This document shows positions 1-9,850 of a stretch of DNA of 32,000 bases, one piece after another. The position numbers and the translations under genes were made by a program. This stretch comes from a cyanobacterium endosymbiont of Braarudosphaera bigelowii. Lineage in GTDB: Bacteria > Cyanobacteriota > Cyanobacteriia > Cyanobacteriales > Microcystaceae. Every line of letters begins with the position of its first letter. Position 1 is the first letter of the stretch. Location of the stretch: positions 480,001 through 512,000 of the forward strand of contig NZ_AP024987.1 in NCBI RefSeq assembly GCF_020885515.1, written 5' to 3'. The notes under the pieces are model-generated. The model ran no database searches and had not been told where the DNA came from. It saw only the letters and a list, made by a program, of their open reading frames with translations.

Positions 1-1
1 T

Positions 2-1114
2 AAAAATGTTAGTGGTCTACAAGTTGGTGCGCCTATAAGGTATAGAGGTGTAACTGTTGGAAAGATTCTAGGTCTTCAACCTAACAGCAATGGAGTAAGA
101 GTTATTCTAGAAATTTCTTCTAATCAGTTAAGAATTCCAAAAGACTCTAACGTTCAAATTAACCGTTATGGGCTAATTGGTGAAGCTTCAGTTGATATTA
201 CTCCATCCCATAATTTATCCGAACAAGAATTAAATATTGATCCCATTAGTGAAAAATGTATGAAAGAAAGACAAATACTTTGTAACAATGATGAGGTAGT
301 AGGTAAGACTGGATCTCAACTAGTTGAAGCATTAACACGCTTAAGTAATGCTTATAGTGATCCTAAATTTATTGGCGATGTTAATTCAGCAGTAAGAAAT
401 GTTTCTAAAGCAGGGGACAGAATTGCTATTCTTAGCCAAGAGGTCACAAAATTATCAGAAGTTGCTCGTGGCCAAATCGATGGTGTAGGAGATGCTATTC
501 GTAATGCAGACCAAGCAGCGCAAGATGCTTCCAAACTAATAAGAAATGTTGACTCTGTTATAGTAGAAAATCGTACTAATGTTGATCGAACAATTCAGGG
601 AGCTGCTAATTTAACTAACAATTTAAATAATTTAGTAGAAGAAAATAGAGAAAGTATAGTTAATACGTTAAATAGTATTGAACAAACTAGTGATCAAATA
701 CGTTTATTGGCTATTAATTTTGGGGTAACAGTAGATAGTATTAATCAAGGTATCCATGAAATTAATATGGAACAATTTGCCAATAATCTTGAATCTTTAA
801 TGTCTAATGCAGCACAAACAGCAAAAAATTTACAAAATTTATCTAAGTCCTTAAGTGATCCTGAAGTTATAATTACCATTCAAAAAACTTTAGATTCTGC
901 ACGTGTTACTTTTGAAAATGCTCAAAAGATTACCTCTGATGTTGAAGAACTAACAGGTGATCCTATTTTCAGAAATAATATTCGTAAACTTATAGACGGT
1001 TTGGGTAATTTAGTAACTGATACTGAAAGTTTAGAACAACAAGTTTATGCTGCACAAATAATTGAATCAGTAACTAATGCAGTAGAATATAAATTGCTGT
1101 CGAAAAAAGACTAA
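2..1114 (+). CDS. MlaD/MCE-family lipid-transport protein (TGD2-like), 5'-truncated by window edge
   Basis: The ORF track starts at Met 260. The same frame (frame 2) has no stop back to position 2. That upstream part translates to KNVSGLQVGAPIRYRGVTVGKILGL...NRYGLIGEASVDITPS, the MlaD/Mce beta-barrel core pattern. The remaining ~280 aa are an N/Q/E-rich helical tail, as in long MCE proteins. The true start lies outside the window. Confidence 0.8.
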   Translation, partial: KNVSGLQVGAPIRYRGVTVGKILGLQPNSNGVRVILEISSNQLRIPKDSNVQINRYGLIGEASVDITPSHNLSEQELNIDPISEKCMKERQILCNNDEVVGKTGSQLVEALTRLSNAYSDPKFIGDVNSAVRNVSKAGDRIAILSQEVTKLSEVARGQIDGVGDAIRNADQAAQDASKLIRNVDSVIVENRTNVDRTIQGAANLTNNLNNLVEENRESIVNTLNSIEQTSDQIRLLAINFGVTVDSINQGIHEINMEQFANNLESLMSNAAQTAKNLQNLSKSLSDPEVIITIQKTLDSARVTFENAQKITSDVEELTGDPIFRNNIRKLIDGLGNLVTDTESLEQQVYAAQIIESVTNAVEYKLLSKKD

Positions 1115-1583
1115 ACGAGTTTCTTCCTATTATCAATCCTTTAACTAATGCGATAGAAGATAATACAAAAACTTAAATATATTAGTAATAAAAAATAGAG
1201 TATTTTGGTAAAGAACAAAGTACTTAATTATGATCTCAATATGGAATTCATTGTAAAGTTTTTCATACTGAAATATTTCTAATATCGATATTAAGATTTA
1301 TAGTAAAGTGTTATGTTTATTAAACTTAATAGTTTTGTATTTAAAGCCCTTAGTCTATAAGATATTGAAGTATTGATTATTTTAATTTCAACAATCAATA
1401 TAATGTGGTTTAAAACAATATTGCTAAAAGAAAAGTAGGTTTTAACAATTTACAAGTAGTATATTTATCTCAATGTCCGAAATCGAAATAAATAAAAAAT
1501 CAAGAAAAATTTTAAGATGATTAAAACATAGCAAAACGCAAAGTATAATACAATGCATACAAAATATTTAGAGAGAATAATAA

Positions 1584-2966
<1,383 letters not shown>

Positions 2967-3154
2967 GTTTGTAAAACTAGAGAAACATCTCTAGCATATT
3001 TGTTGTCATTAATAGTACTATGATCAATAGATTCTTTTCTCATAAAGATAAAACTATTCATTAGATGTGAAAATGATAGATATATCTAAAAAGTTAAGAT
3101 TTCATTGATTTTCTACTATCTTTATCGTTATAAAAATCATTCTGCTTGTGCTGA

Positions 3155-4087
3155 ATGCTACAAATCCCTAAAACTCCCCAAACCCCAAAAGCCCTAAATT
3201 CTGTCGTAGAGGCTTATGAACGCTGTCGTCGAATTACTCAGAAATATTCTAAAACTTTTTACTTAGGAACATTATTAATGCCACCTAAGAAAAGATGCGC
3301 AATTTGGGCTCTCTACGTTTGGTGCCGACGTACTGATGAATTAGTTGATGGAGCTCAGGCTAATTTCACAACACCAGAAACCTTGCAAAAATGGGAAAAT
3401 AATTTAGAGTATTTATTTGCAGGTTATCCCTTAGATGACGAAGATGTTGCCTTAGTTGATACATTGAGAAATTTTCCGATAGAAATCGCTCCCTTCAAGG
3501 ATATGATAGCAGGTCAAAAGATGGATTTATATCGTAATCGCTATCAAACTTTTGAGGAACTTAAGCTCTACTGTTACCGTGTCGCAGGTACAGTAGGACT
3601 TATGTCTAATGCAGTTCTAGGTATCGAAGAATATCCCTCTATCGTCCCTTGGGAAATAAAATCTAAACGAAGTATTCCTAAAGAAGAGGCAATTGCCCTA
3701 GGTATTGCTAATCAATTAACAAATATACTGAGGGATATCGGAGAAGATGCTCAAAGAGGACGAATTTATTTACCTTTAGAAGATTTGGAACGTTTTAAAT
3801 ATACTGAAGAAGATTTATTTAATGGGGTAATAGATGATCGTTGGAAAAATTTAATGAATTTTCAAATTCAAAGAGCTCGACAATACTATAAAGATGCTGA
3901 ACGTGGCATTAGAGTCTTATCTAGAGACTCTCGTTGGCCTGTCTGGTCAGCTTTAATGCTTTATCAAGGTATCCTAGATATGATTGAAGCTAATGAATAT
4001 GATGTATTTTCCAAACGTGCTTTTGTTCCAAATTTCAAAAAAATTATGTATTTGCCTATTGCTTGGTTAAGAGCTCAAACACTTTAA
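3155..4087 (+). CDS. crtB: Phytoene synthase
   Basis: 310 aa. Squalene/phytoene synthase signatures YSKTFYLGTLLMPP, YVWCRRTDELVDG, YCYRVAGTVGLM and LGIANQLTNILRDIGED. Lies directly downstream of crtP. Confidence 0.95.
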   Translation: MLQIPKTPQTPKALNSVVEAYERCRRITQKYSKTFYLGTLLMPPKKRCAIWALYVWCRRTDELVDGAQANFTTPETLQKWENNLEYLFAGYPLDDEDVALVDTLRNFPIEIAPFKDMIAGQKMDLYRNRYQTFEELKLYCYRVAGTVGLMSNAVLGIEEYPSIVPWEIKSKRSIPKEEAIALGIANQLTNILRDIGEDAQRGRIYLPLEDLERFKYTEEDLFNGVIDDRWKNLMNFQIQRARQYYKDAERGIRVLSRDSRWPVWSALMLYQGILDMIEANEYDVFSKRAFVPNFKKIMYLPIAWLRAQTL

Positions 4088-4140
4088 GTCTTTGCTTTTA
4101 TAATCGCAATCATAATTATATAAGAAAAATTTTATGTTCG

Positions 4141-4187
4141 TATGTATAATGCCGCTGCTTTATTCTAAAGCAGCGGCATTATACATA
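4141..4187 (+). terminator. Perfect 22-bp stem / 3-nt loop hairpin, 54 nt after the crtB stop (terminator or 3'-end stabiliser candidate)
   Basis: TATGTATAATGCCGCTGCTTTA-TTC-TAAAGCAGCGGCATTATACATA, verified base by base. It has a GC-rich core in an otherwise AT-rich spacer. No U-tract follows, so it is not a canonical intrinsic terminator. Confidence 0.4.
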
Positions 4188-4340
4188 ATATATGAAGATA
4201 TGATTGATATCATAGGGCTTTATATTCGTTAGACTACTATTATTATTTTCCTTTATTTATTGATTAGGTCAAATTTAATTAATGAGTAGAGGAAAATATA
4301 TTAACATTAAAATAACGGAGCTAAAAAAAGAGGATTATTC

Positions 4341-4550
4341 ATGCGATATGCTGTAGTTATTGAAAAGGGCAAATATTATTATGGAGCTTATGTTCCTGAC
4401 TTACCGGAATGTTCTGCGGTTGGAAAAACTGTAGAGGAGACAAGAGAACTCATATATAACTCGATTTCTAATCATTTAGGCGGATTAGAAAAAGAAGGTA
4501 ATTCTTTTCCTAGTCCTAAAACAATATGTGAATATGTAGAAGTTAATTAA
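4341..4550 (+). CDS. HicB-like / UPF0150-family small protein (type II antitoxin-like), with no partner toxin gene
   Basis: 69 aa. MRYAVVIEKGKYYYGAYVPDLPECSAVGKTVEETRELIYNSISNHLGGLEKEGNSFPSP matches the short HicB/UPF0150 pattern (Y-x-V-I-E-K...Y-x-A-Y-V-P-D-L-P-G-C...G-x-T-x-E-E...H-L-E-G-L...G-x-x-P-x-P). An AGAGGA SD-like motif sits about 6 nt upstream of the ATG. Confidence 0.7.
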   Translation: MRYAVVIEKGKYYYGAYVPDLPECSAVGKTVEETRELIYNSISNHLGGLEKEGNSFPSPKTICEYVEVN

Positions 4551-4565
4551 CTGTAAAAGCTTATA

Positions 4566-4619
4566 GGAGTAATCACTTTATTGTAATCTAATTATTTTGG
4601 ATTACTCCAAACATTTTTT
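4566..4619 (+). terminator. Weak terminator candidate after the HicB-like gene
   Basis: GGAGTAATC (4566-4574) pairs with GATTACTCC (4600-4608). The loop is 25 nt and contains a second GTAATC copy that allows alternative pairing. A T6 run (4614-4619) follows after a short spacer. Confidence 0.3.
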
Positions 4620-4843
4620 GTAAAAAATAATATTACTTATATTTTAAATATCCTGTGTTTAGATTTAATTGTTTAAAGAAATAATTACTAATAGAGCATT
4701 CTTCATAACTATAGAATAAGCAAGACAATAATATCATTTATGATTAATATATTGTAAAAACTTAGAAAAGGAAAATACAAATTGATTATTTACCATAGAT
4801 GATTATAATAAATAAGAAATAATTTAAAATTAACGCAAATTAA

Positions 4844-5935
4844 ATGCTAAAAGCTGGAATAGTTGGACTCCCTAATGTTGGTAAATCGACATTATTTAAT
4901 GCTTTAGTCGCTAATGCTAAAGCAGATGCAGCAAACTTTCCCTTTTGTACTATTGAACCTAACGTAGGCCTAGTATCTGTTCCTGATAAAAGATTAGAAA
5001 TTTTAGCTGAACTTTCCAAGTCAGAAAAAATTCTACCCACTCGTATTGAATTTGTAGATATTGCCGGATTAGTCAAAGGTGCCGCACAGGGAGAAGGTCT
5101 CGGGAATCAATTTTTAGCTAATATTCGTGAAGTAGATGCCATAGTTCATGTTGTACGTTGTTTTGATAATGATGATATTATTCATGTATCAGGTTCTGTA
5201 AATCCAATGAGAGATATTGAAACTATCAATCTAGAATTAATTTTGGCTGATCTTTCTCAAGTCGAAAAACGTTTAAATAGATTAAAGAAACAAAAAAATA
5301 GTCAGAAAGAAGAACAGGAAGAAATATCTGTTTTAGAAAAGTTTATTATCCAGCTTAATCAAGGTATGCCGGCCCGTGATTTAGAACTAACAGAAGAGGA
5401 AAAAATATTAGCTAAGCCTTTAGAATTACTTACCCTTAAACCGGTTATCTATGCTACTAATGTATCTGAAGATGATTTAAGTTCAGAAAATAATTGGGTA
5501 AAAGAAGTAAAAAAAATTGCTTCTACTAGTCATGCAAAAGTGGTAGTAGTATCTGCTCAAGTAGAGTCAGAGCTAATAGAAATTTCAGATGAAGAAAAAT
5601 TAGAGTTTTTAAATGCCTTAGGAGTAAATGAGAGTGGCTTAAAGCTTTTAATCAAAGCAGTTTATGACTTGCTTGGATTAAGAACATATTTAACTACTGG
5701 ACCTAAAGAAACTCGTGCTTGGACTATTCATGCTGGTATGAAAGCACCTCAAGCTGCAGGTGTAATTCATTCAGACTTTGAGAAAGGATTTATTCGTGCT
5801 GAGACTGTCTCTTACGAAGATTTAGTATCTTACAAAACTATTACTTTAGCAAAAGAACAAGGCTTAGTCAGAAGTGAGGGTAAAGACTATATTGTTCAAG
5901 AAGGGGATGTTATATTATTTAGATTTAATGTTTAA
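4844..5935 (+). CDS. ychF: Redox-regulated ribosome-binding ATPase YchF (Obg-family)
   Basis: 363 aa. G1 motif GIVGLPNVGKSTLFNAL. Also FCTIEPNVG, DIAGLVKGA and the C-terminal TGS-like block TAGPKETRAWTI..G..APQAAGVIHSDFEKGFIRAE. Confidence 0.95.
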   Translation: MLKAGIVGLPNVGKSTLFNALVANAKADAANFPFCTIEPNVGLVSVPDKRLEILAELSKSEKILPTRIEFVDIAGLVKGAAQGEGLGNQFLANIREVDAIVHVVRCFDNDDIIHVSGSVNPMRDIETINLELILADLSQVEKRLNRLKKQKNSQKEEQEEISVLEKFIIQLNQGMPARDLELTEEEKILAKPLELLTLKPVIYATNVSEDDLSSENNWVKEVKKIASTSHAKVVVVSAQVESELIEISDEEKLEFLNALGVNESGLKLLIKAVYDLLGLRTYLTTGPKETRAWTIHAGMKAPQAAGVIHSDFEKGFIRAETVSYEDLVSYKTITLAKEQGLVRSEGKDYIVQEGDVILFRFNV

Positions 5936-6171
5936 TAGCTTTCTAAGAATATATGGTCAACATTAACTATTAATTATTAATCAATTTAATCTAAATAGTA
6001 TACTAAGAGCGATTAATATTTATTTAATAGTATTAGTTTGTTGAGAAAAAGTAACCATACCTACTATTCATACTTTGAGATATAAATCAAATATTTTTTT
6101 CTTTTATACTAAAGAAGATACACAAAAGAGTTAAAATATTTTAAGCAACTATTAAGGGGTATTCAAAACTA

Positions 6172-6273
6172 ATGTCAGGACCTGTTATTCTTGGATTCGG
6201 CGGATATATTATTTCCTATACTATGATTGCTCTTGGATTATATTTTGGATTACGTGCTGTTAAAATAATCTAA
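6172..6273 (+). CDS. petL: Cytochrome b6f complex subunit PetL (small single-TM protein), absent from the supplied ORF track
   Basis: 33-codon ORF ATG6172..TAA6271-6273 giving MSGPVILGFGGYIISYTMIALGLYFGLRAVKII. It has one hydrophobic helix. The C-terminal FGLRxxKI(I/L) ending matches what I recall for cyanobacterial PetL. An AAGGGG SD-like motif lies about 13 nt upstream. The identification is from memory of the family, not from a search. Confidence 0.6.
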   Translation: MSGPVILGFGGYIISYTMIALGLYFGLRAVKII

Positions 6274-6314
6274 GTAGAATATCGGCATAATGCCGATATT
6301 CTACTTAGATTATT
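6264..6314 (+). terminator. Perfect 24-bp stem / 3-nt loop hairpin overlapping the petL stop codon
   Basis: 6264-6287 (AATAATCTAAGTAGAATATCGGCA) pairs perfectly with 6291-6314; the loop is TAA. The last four petL codons, including the stop, form part of the left arm. No U-tract follows. Confidence 0.45.
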
Positions 6315-6528
6315 CTAACGGTAAAAGTTATCTTCAAAACGTTTATCAAATTTTAGAAAGAATTAGCCTTAGTAAAAATAAAGTTAATAATTAAGTAAAT
6401 TATTTCAGTGATTTTAAGACACATAACAAGGCATATAGAATATTAGTCTTCCGTGAAATATAATCGTATTATTTTGACTTTGTATTTTTATCTAACCTGA
6501 TTACTTAAATGATTTTTAATTTTTTATT

Positions 6529-6569
6529 TAGAATTCTTCAATGCTTCTGCTAGAATTCTTATGGCTTCT
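6529..6569 (+). repeat. Imperfect tandem duplication (~21 nt x2), each unit carrying the 8-bp palindrome AGAATTCT, ending 13 nt upstream of the plsX ATG
   Basis: Unit 1 is TAGAATTCTTCAATGCTTCT (6529-6548), followed by GC, then unit 2 TAGAATTCTTATGGCTTCT (6551-6569). The AGAATTCT copies are at 6530-6537 and 6552-6559, 22 bp centre to centre. Confidence 0.7.
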
Positions 6570-6582
6570 ATCATTTTGACTA

Positions 6583-7608
6583 ATGGCAGGAAATCGAGCA
6601 AGAATAGCAGTAGATGCTATGGGAGGAGATTATGCTCCTATAGAAATTATAAAAGGGGCTATCCGAGCCTCAAGAGAATTAGATGTGGATATTCTGTTGG
6701 TAGGTGATCGTCAACAAATTCAAGCATCTTTTCAAGATAGTAATAAGTTTTCTAATATTGAAGTAGTAGATGCAGATGAAATAATCGCTATGCACGAAGG
6801 AATTAACGAACTTCGTCGTAAGCCTAAAGCTTCAATCAATGTTGCTATGGACTTAGTTAAAAAAAATCGTGCAGATGCAGTGATATCCGCTGGACATTCT
6901 GGAGCAGCCATGGGAGCTGCTACTCTTAAATTAGGACGTCTTAAAGGCATTGATCGTCCAGCTATTGGAGCTGTTTTTCCAACTCTTATAGTGAACAAGT
7001 CGGTTATTGTTTTGGACGTAGGAGCTAATGTAGATTGTCGTCCTAAATACTTAGAACAATTTGCTCTAATGGGAACAGTTTATAGTAGATATGTGATGGG
7101 AGTAGAAAGTCCAAAAGTAGGGCTACTAAATATTGGAGAAGAACCAAATAAAGGAAACGATCTTGCTTTAACAACTTATAAGTTGTTAAAAGATAATAAA
7201 GTGATTCCTTTTGTTGGTAATGCAGAAGGCCGAGATGTACTTTCGGGAAAATTTGACGTTATTATTTGTGATGGCTTTGTAGGTAATGTTTTGCTCAAAT
7301 TTGCTGAAGCAGTTGGTGACATAGTTTTACAAATTATACAGGAAGAGCTACCCCAAGGTTGGAAAGGATTGCTAGGGACAACTATATTAAAACCCAATCT
7401 AAAAAAACTCAAACAACGGATAGATCATGCTGAACATGGTGGTGGTTTATTATTGGGGGTAGCTGGCATTTGTATTATTAGCCATGGTAGTTCCCAAGCT
7501 CCATCAATCTTTAATGCAATTCGTTTAGCTAAAGAAGCTGTTGATCATAAAGTATTAGAACAGATTAATTCTTATGGAGATAAGCTAATGTCAGATAACT
7601 CTAATTAA
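6583..7608 (+). CDS. plsX: Phosphate acyltransferase PlsX
   Basis: 341 aa. IAVDAMGGDYAP N-terminus, SAGHSGA, CDGFVGNV and GG.LLG...I.SHG blocks typical of PlsX. Lies upstream of fabH-fabD, as in many bacteria. Confidence 0.95.
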   Translation: MAGNRARIAVDAMGGDYAPIEIIKGAIRASRELDVDILLVGDRQQIQASFQDSNKFSNIEVVDADEIIAMHEGINELRRKPKASINVAMDLVKKNRADAVISAGHSGAAMGAATLKLGRLKGIDRPAIGAVFPTLIVNKSVIVLDVGANVDCRPKYLEQFALMGTVYSRYVMGVESPKVGLLNIGEEPNKGNDLALTTYKLLKDNKVIPFVGNAEGRDVLSGKFDVIICDGFVGNVLLKFAEAVGDIVLQIIQEELPQGWKGLLGTTILKPNLKKLKQRIDHAEHGGGLLLGVAGICIISHGSSQAPSIFNAIRLAKEAVDHKVLEQINSYGDKLMSDNSN

Positions 7609-7803
7609 CAGATTGAGTAATAGCAAAAATAAAACTTCTAAATGCCATCTATTATTATTTACTGTTTTTCTTTTTTCATATCTCTAATTTTGAGGTAGAA
7701 GAATATAAAATATAAGTAAAAGTAAGAAAAGAATTTTTCAAAATTTTAATTTTAAATCCTCTTTTATTCAATTATGCTAAAAAATTATCAGGGGGAATAA
7801 TTA

Positions 7804-8811
7804 TTGAAAGAGTTAGATATTGGTATGGCTATTACTGGCTGTGGTTCAGCTACGCCAAAACAAATAATGACAAATAACGATATAAGCCATTTAGTAGATA
7901 CGTCTGATGAATGGATTTATACTAGAACAGGCATTAAAGAAAGGCGTTTAGCAACAAACAACTTATCTTTAAGTGATCTCTCAGCTGAAGCTGCAGTTAA
8001 AGGAATTGCTATGGCAGGACTTTCTCCTTCTGATATTGACTTAATTATCTTAGCAACCTCTACAGCTGATGATTTGTTTGGCAGTGCATCTAAGATTCAA
8101 AATATTTTGAAAGCTGAGAATGCAGTAGCTTTTGATTTAACAGCCGCTTGTTCAGGTTTTGTCTTTGGATTAATTACAGCTGCTCAATTTATCTATTCAG
8201 GAGTTTACCAAAAGGTTCTGGTAATTGGTGGTGATATGCTTTCTCGTTGGGTAAACTGGTCTGATCGTACTACTTGTGTATTATTTGGAGATGGAGCTGG
8301 AGCAGTGGTTTGTCAACGAACTACTAAAAATAACCACCTGCTGGGCTTTGCTATGTATAGTGATGGAAAACAAAATCAGTCCCTTAATTTAGCATATAAC
8401 TTTCAAGCTAAATTTCTTAAAAATGGGATGGTTGTTAATCAAGGAAACTATCAATTTCTTACGATGAAAGGAAAAGAGATTTATCGTTTTGCTATTGAGA
8501 AAGTTCCAGAAGTTATTGAGAATGCTCTTTCTAAAGCAGAATTGACAGTTGACGATATTGACTGGCTTATTTTGCATCAGGCAAATCAGAGGATTATAAA
8601 TGCAGTTGCTAAAAAACTTAAAATTCCATCAGAAAAGGTAATTTCGAATGTGAGTAAGTATGGTAATACTTCAGCTGCATCTATTCCTCTAGCTCTAGAT
8701 GAAGCCGTAAGATCTGGAAAAATAAAATCAGGTAATATTGTTGCTAGCTCAGGTTTCGGTGCTGGCTTAACTTGGGGAGCAGTTATTTTTAGATGGAGTA
8801 TTGAAGTTTAA
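7804..8811 (+). CDS. fabH: 3-oxoacyl-ACP synthase III (KAS III)
   Basis: 335 aa. ITGCGSATP, SDEWIYTRTGIKERR, active-site AACSGF, the HQAN and GNTSAASIP motifs. The start is TTG 7804, supported by AGGGGGA (7790-7796) 7 nt upstream. The next ATG (7825) would remove 7 residues. Confidence 0.93.
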   Translation: MKELDIGMAITGCGSATPKQIMTNNDISHLVDTSDEWIYTRTGIKERRLATNNLSLSDLSAEAAVKGIAMAGLSPSDIDLIILATSTADDLFGSASKIQNILKAENAVAFDLTAACSGFVFGLITAAQFIYSGVYQKVLVIGGDMLSRWVNWSDRTTCVLFGDGAGAVVCQRTTKNNHLLGFAMYSDGKQNQSLNLAYNFQAKFLKNGMVVNQGNYQFLTMKGKEIYRFAIEKVPEVIENALSKAELTVDDIDWLILHQANQRIINAVAKKLKIPSEKVISNVSKYGNTSAASIPLALDEAVRSGKIKSGNIVASSGFGAGLTWGAVIFRWSIEV

Positions 8812-8839
8812 TCTTTTTATTAAACATTCTTGAAAAAAT

Positions 8840-9718
8840 ATGGTGACAAAAACAGCGTGGATTTTTCCGGGACAGGGATCACAAATAGTTGGTATGGGAC
8901 GAGATCTGGCAACAACTGACTTAGGAAAAGAATATTTTAGAAAAGCACAAGATATTTTAGGATGGTCTGTACTTGAAGTATGTCAGGGAGATACAAAAAT
9001 TTTATCTAGGACCTTATATACTCAACCTTGTCTTTACGTAATCCAATGTATTCTTATTAATTTATTAAAGCAAAATCAAACAAATCCAAATTTTCTAGCT
9101 GGTCATAGTTTGGGAGAATATGCAGCCTTACATGCAGCAGAAGTCTTTGACTTTACCACAGGATTACAACTAGTTAAAAACCGTGCAGAATTTATGGATA
9201 ATGTTGTTGGAGGAAAAATGGTCGCTTTAATAAAATTTGATCGCTTATATCTGAATGAAATAATTGCAAATGTTCCTAATGTAGTTTTAGCTAATGACAA
9301 TAGTGAACAACAAGTAGTTATTTCAGGTACTCCTCAAGCAGTTGACAAAGTTTCTAATAGTATTAAGGCTAAAAGAGTAATTGAACTCAAGGTTTCCGGA
9401 GCATTTCACTCCCATTTAATGAAAGAAGCATCTGAACAATTTCAAGTATTATTAGAAAATATTAATTTCGAAGAAGCACAAGTTCCTGTTCTTTCAAATG
9501 TTGAAGCAGTTCCAAGAACTTCTAAAATTGTTTTAAAGGAAAATCTAAAAAAACAAATGACTGGTTCAGTTCGTTGGCGCGAAACTATGATATCTATGGT
9601 AGAGCACGAAGTAATTAGAATAGTAGAAATTGGACCAGGGAAAATTTTATCTAATTTATTTAAGAAAGAATATACTCAAATTACTATAAAAAATATTAGC
9701 TCCCTATCTGATTTTTGA
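8840..9718 (+). CDS. fabD: Malonyl-CoA:ACP transacylase
   Basis: 292 aa. FPGQGSQ, active-site GHSLGEYAAL and SGAFHS motifs. Starts 28 nt after fabH. Confidence 0.93.
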   Translation: MVTKTAWIFPGQGSQIVGMGRDLATTDLGKEYFRKAQDILGWSVLEVCQGDTKILSRTLYTQPCLYVIQCILINLLKQNQTNPNFLAGHSLGEYAALHAAEVFDFTTGLQLVKNRAEFMDNVVGGKMVALIKFDRLYLNEIIANVPNVVLANDNSEQQVVISGTPQAVDKVSNSIKAKRVIELKVSGAFHSHLMKEASEQFQVLLENINFEEAQVPVLSNVEAVPRTSKIVLKENLKKQMTGSVRWRETMISMVEHEVIRIVEIGPGKILSNLFKKEYTQITIKNISSLSDF

Positions 9719-9850
9719 GAATGATATAAAAAAATGATTTTATTTGTAGAAAAGTTAGATGTTTATATTTATACATTGTTCGACAATTCTTTATGAAGAT
9801 ATGTAAGATTATTTGTAATCTAGTTATCTCAAAATAAACAGTTTATGCTC

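Noticed and set aside
352-534. 60-aa minus-strand ORF from the track
   Set aside because: It lies entirely antisense within the MCE-family CDS. It has low-complexity S/A/L composition and no recognisable family or SD. It is a shadow ORF.
1544-1549. TATAAT hexamers as promoters (here, at 21118-21123, and elsewhere)
   Set aside because: In spacers this AT-rich, -10-like hexamers occur frequently by chance, and the -35 partners are poor. I did not annotate them as promoters.
2977-2994. 7-bp stem hairpin (CTAGAGA-AACA-TCTCTAG) after crtP as a terminator
   Set aside because: It is short and weak, has no U-tract, and crtP-crtB are commonly co-transcribed. There is not enough support to call it a feature.
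4188-4340. Possible hicA toxin or remnant next to the HicB-like gene (also searched 4551-4843)
   Set aside because: All same-strand frames are broken by stops within 25 codons or fewer. None shows the HicA G-S-H / K-Q-x-G pattern. The 24-codon ORF MSRGKYINIKITELKKEDYSCDML overlapping the hicB start has no resemblance to HicA.
4840-5076. 78-aa minus-strand ORF overlapping the ychF 5' end
   Set aside because: It is antisense to the highly conserved YchF P-loop region and has no family resemblance. Shadow ORF.
6561-6713. ATG at 6561 opening a ~50-codon ORF overlapping the plsX start
   Set aside because: It is out of frame with plsX (offset 22 nt), and its product is an arbitrary reading of the conserved PlsX N-terminus. 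The ATG lies inside the second tandem-repeat unit.
6732-7412. Two minus-strand ORFs (6732-6998 and 7176-7412) inside plsX
   Set aside because: Both are antisense shadows of a strongly supported CDS. Their composition mirrors the sense-strand codon bias.
8389-9300. Minus-strand ORFs 8389-8577 (in fabH) and 9103-9300 (in fabD)
   Set aside because: Antisense shadow ORFs within well-supported genes. No motifs.
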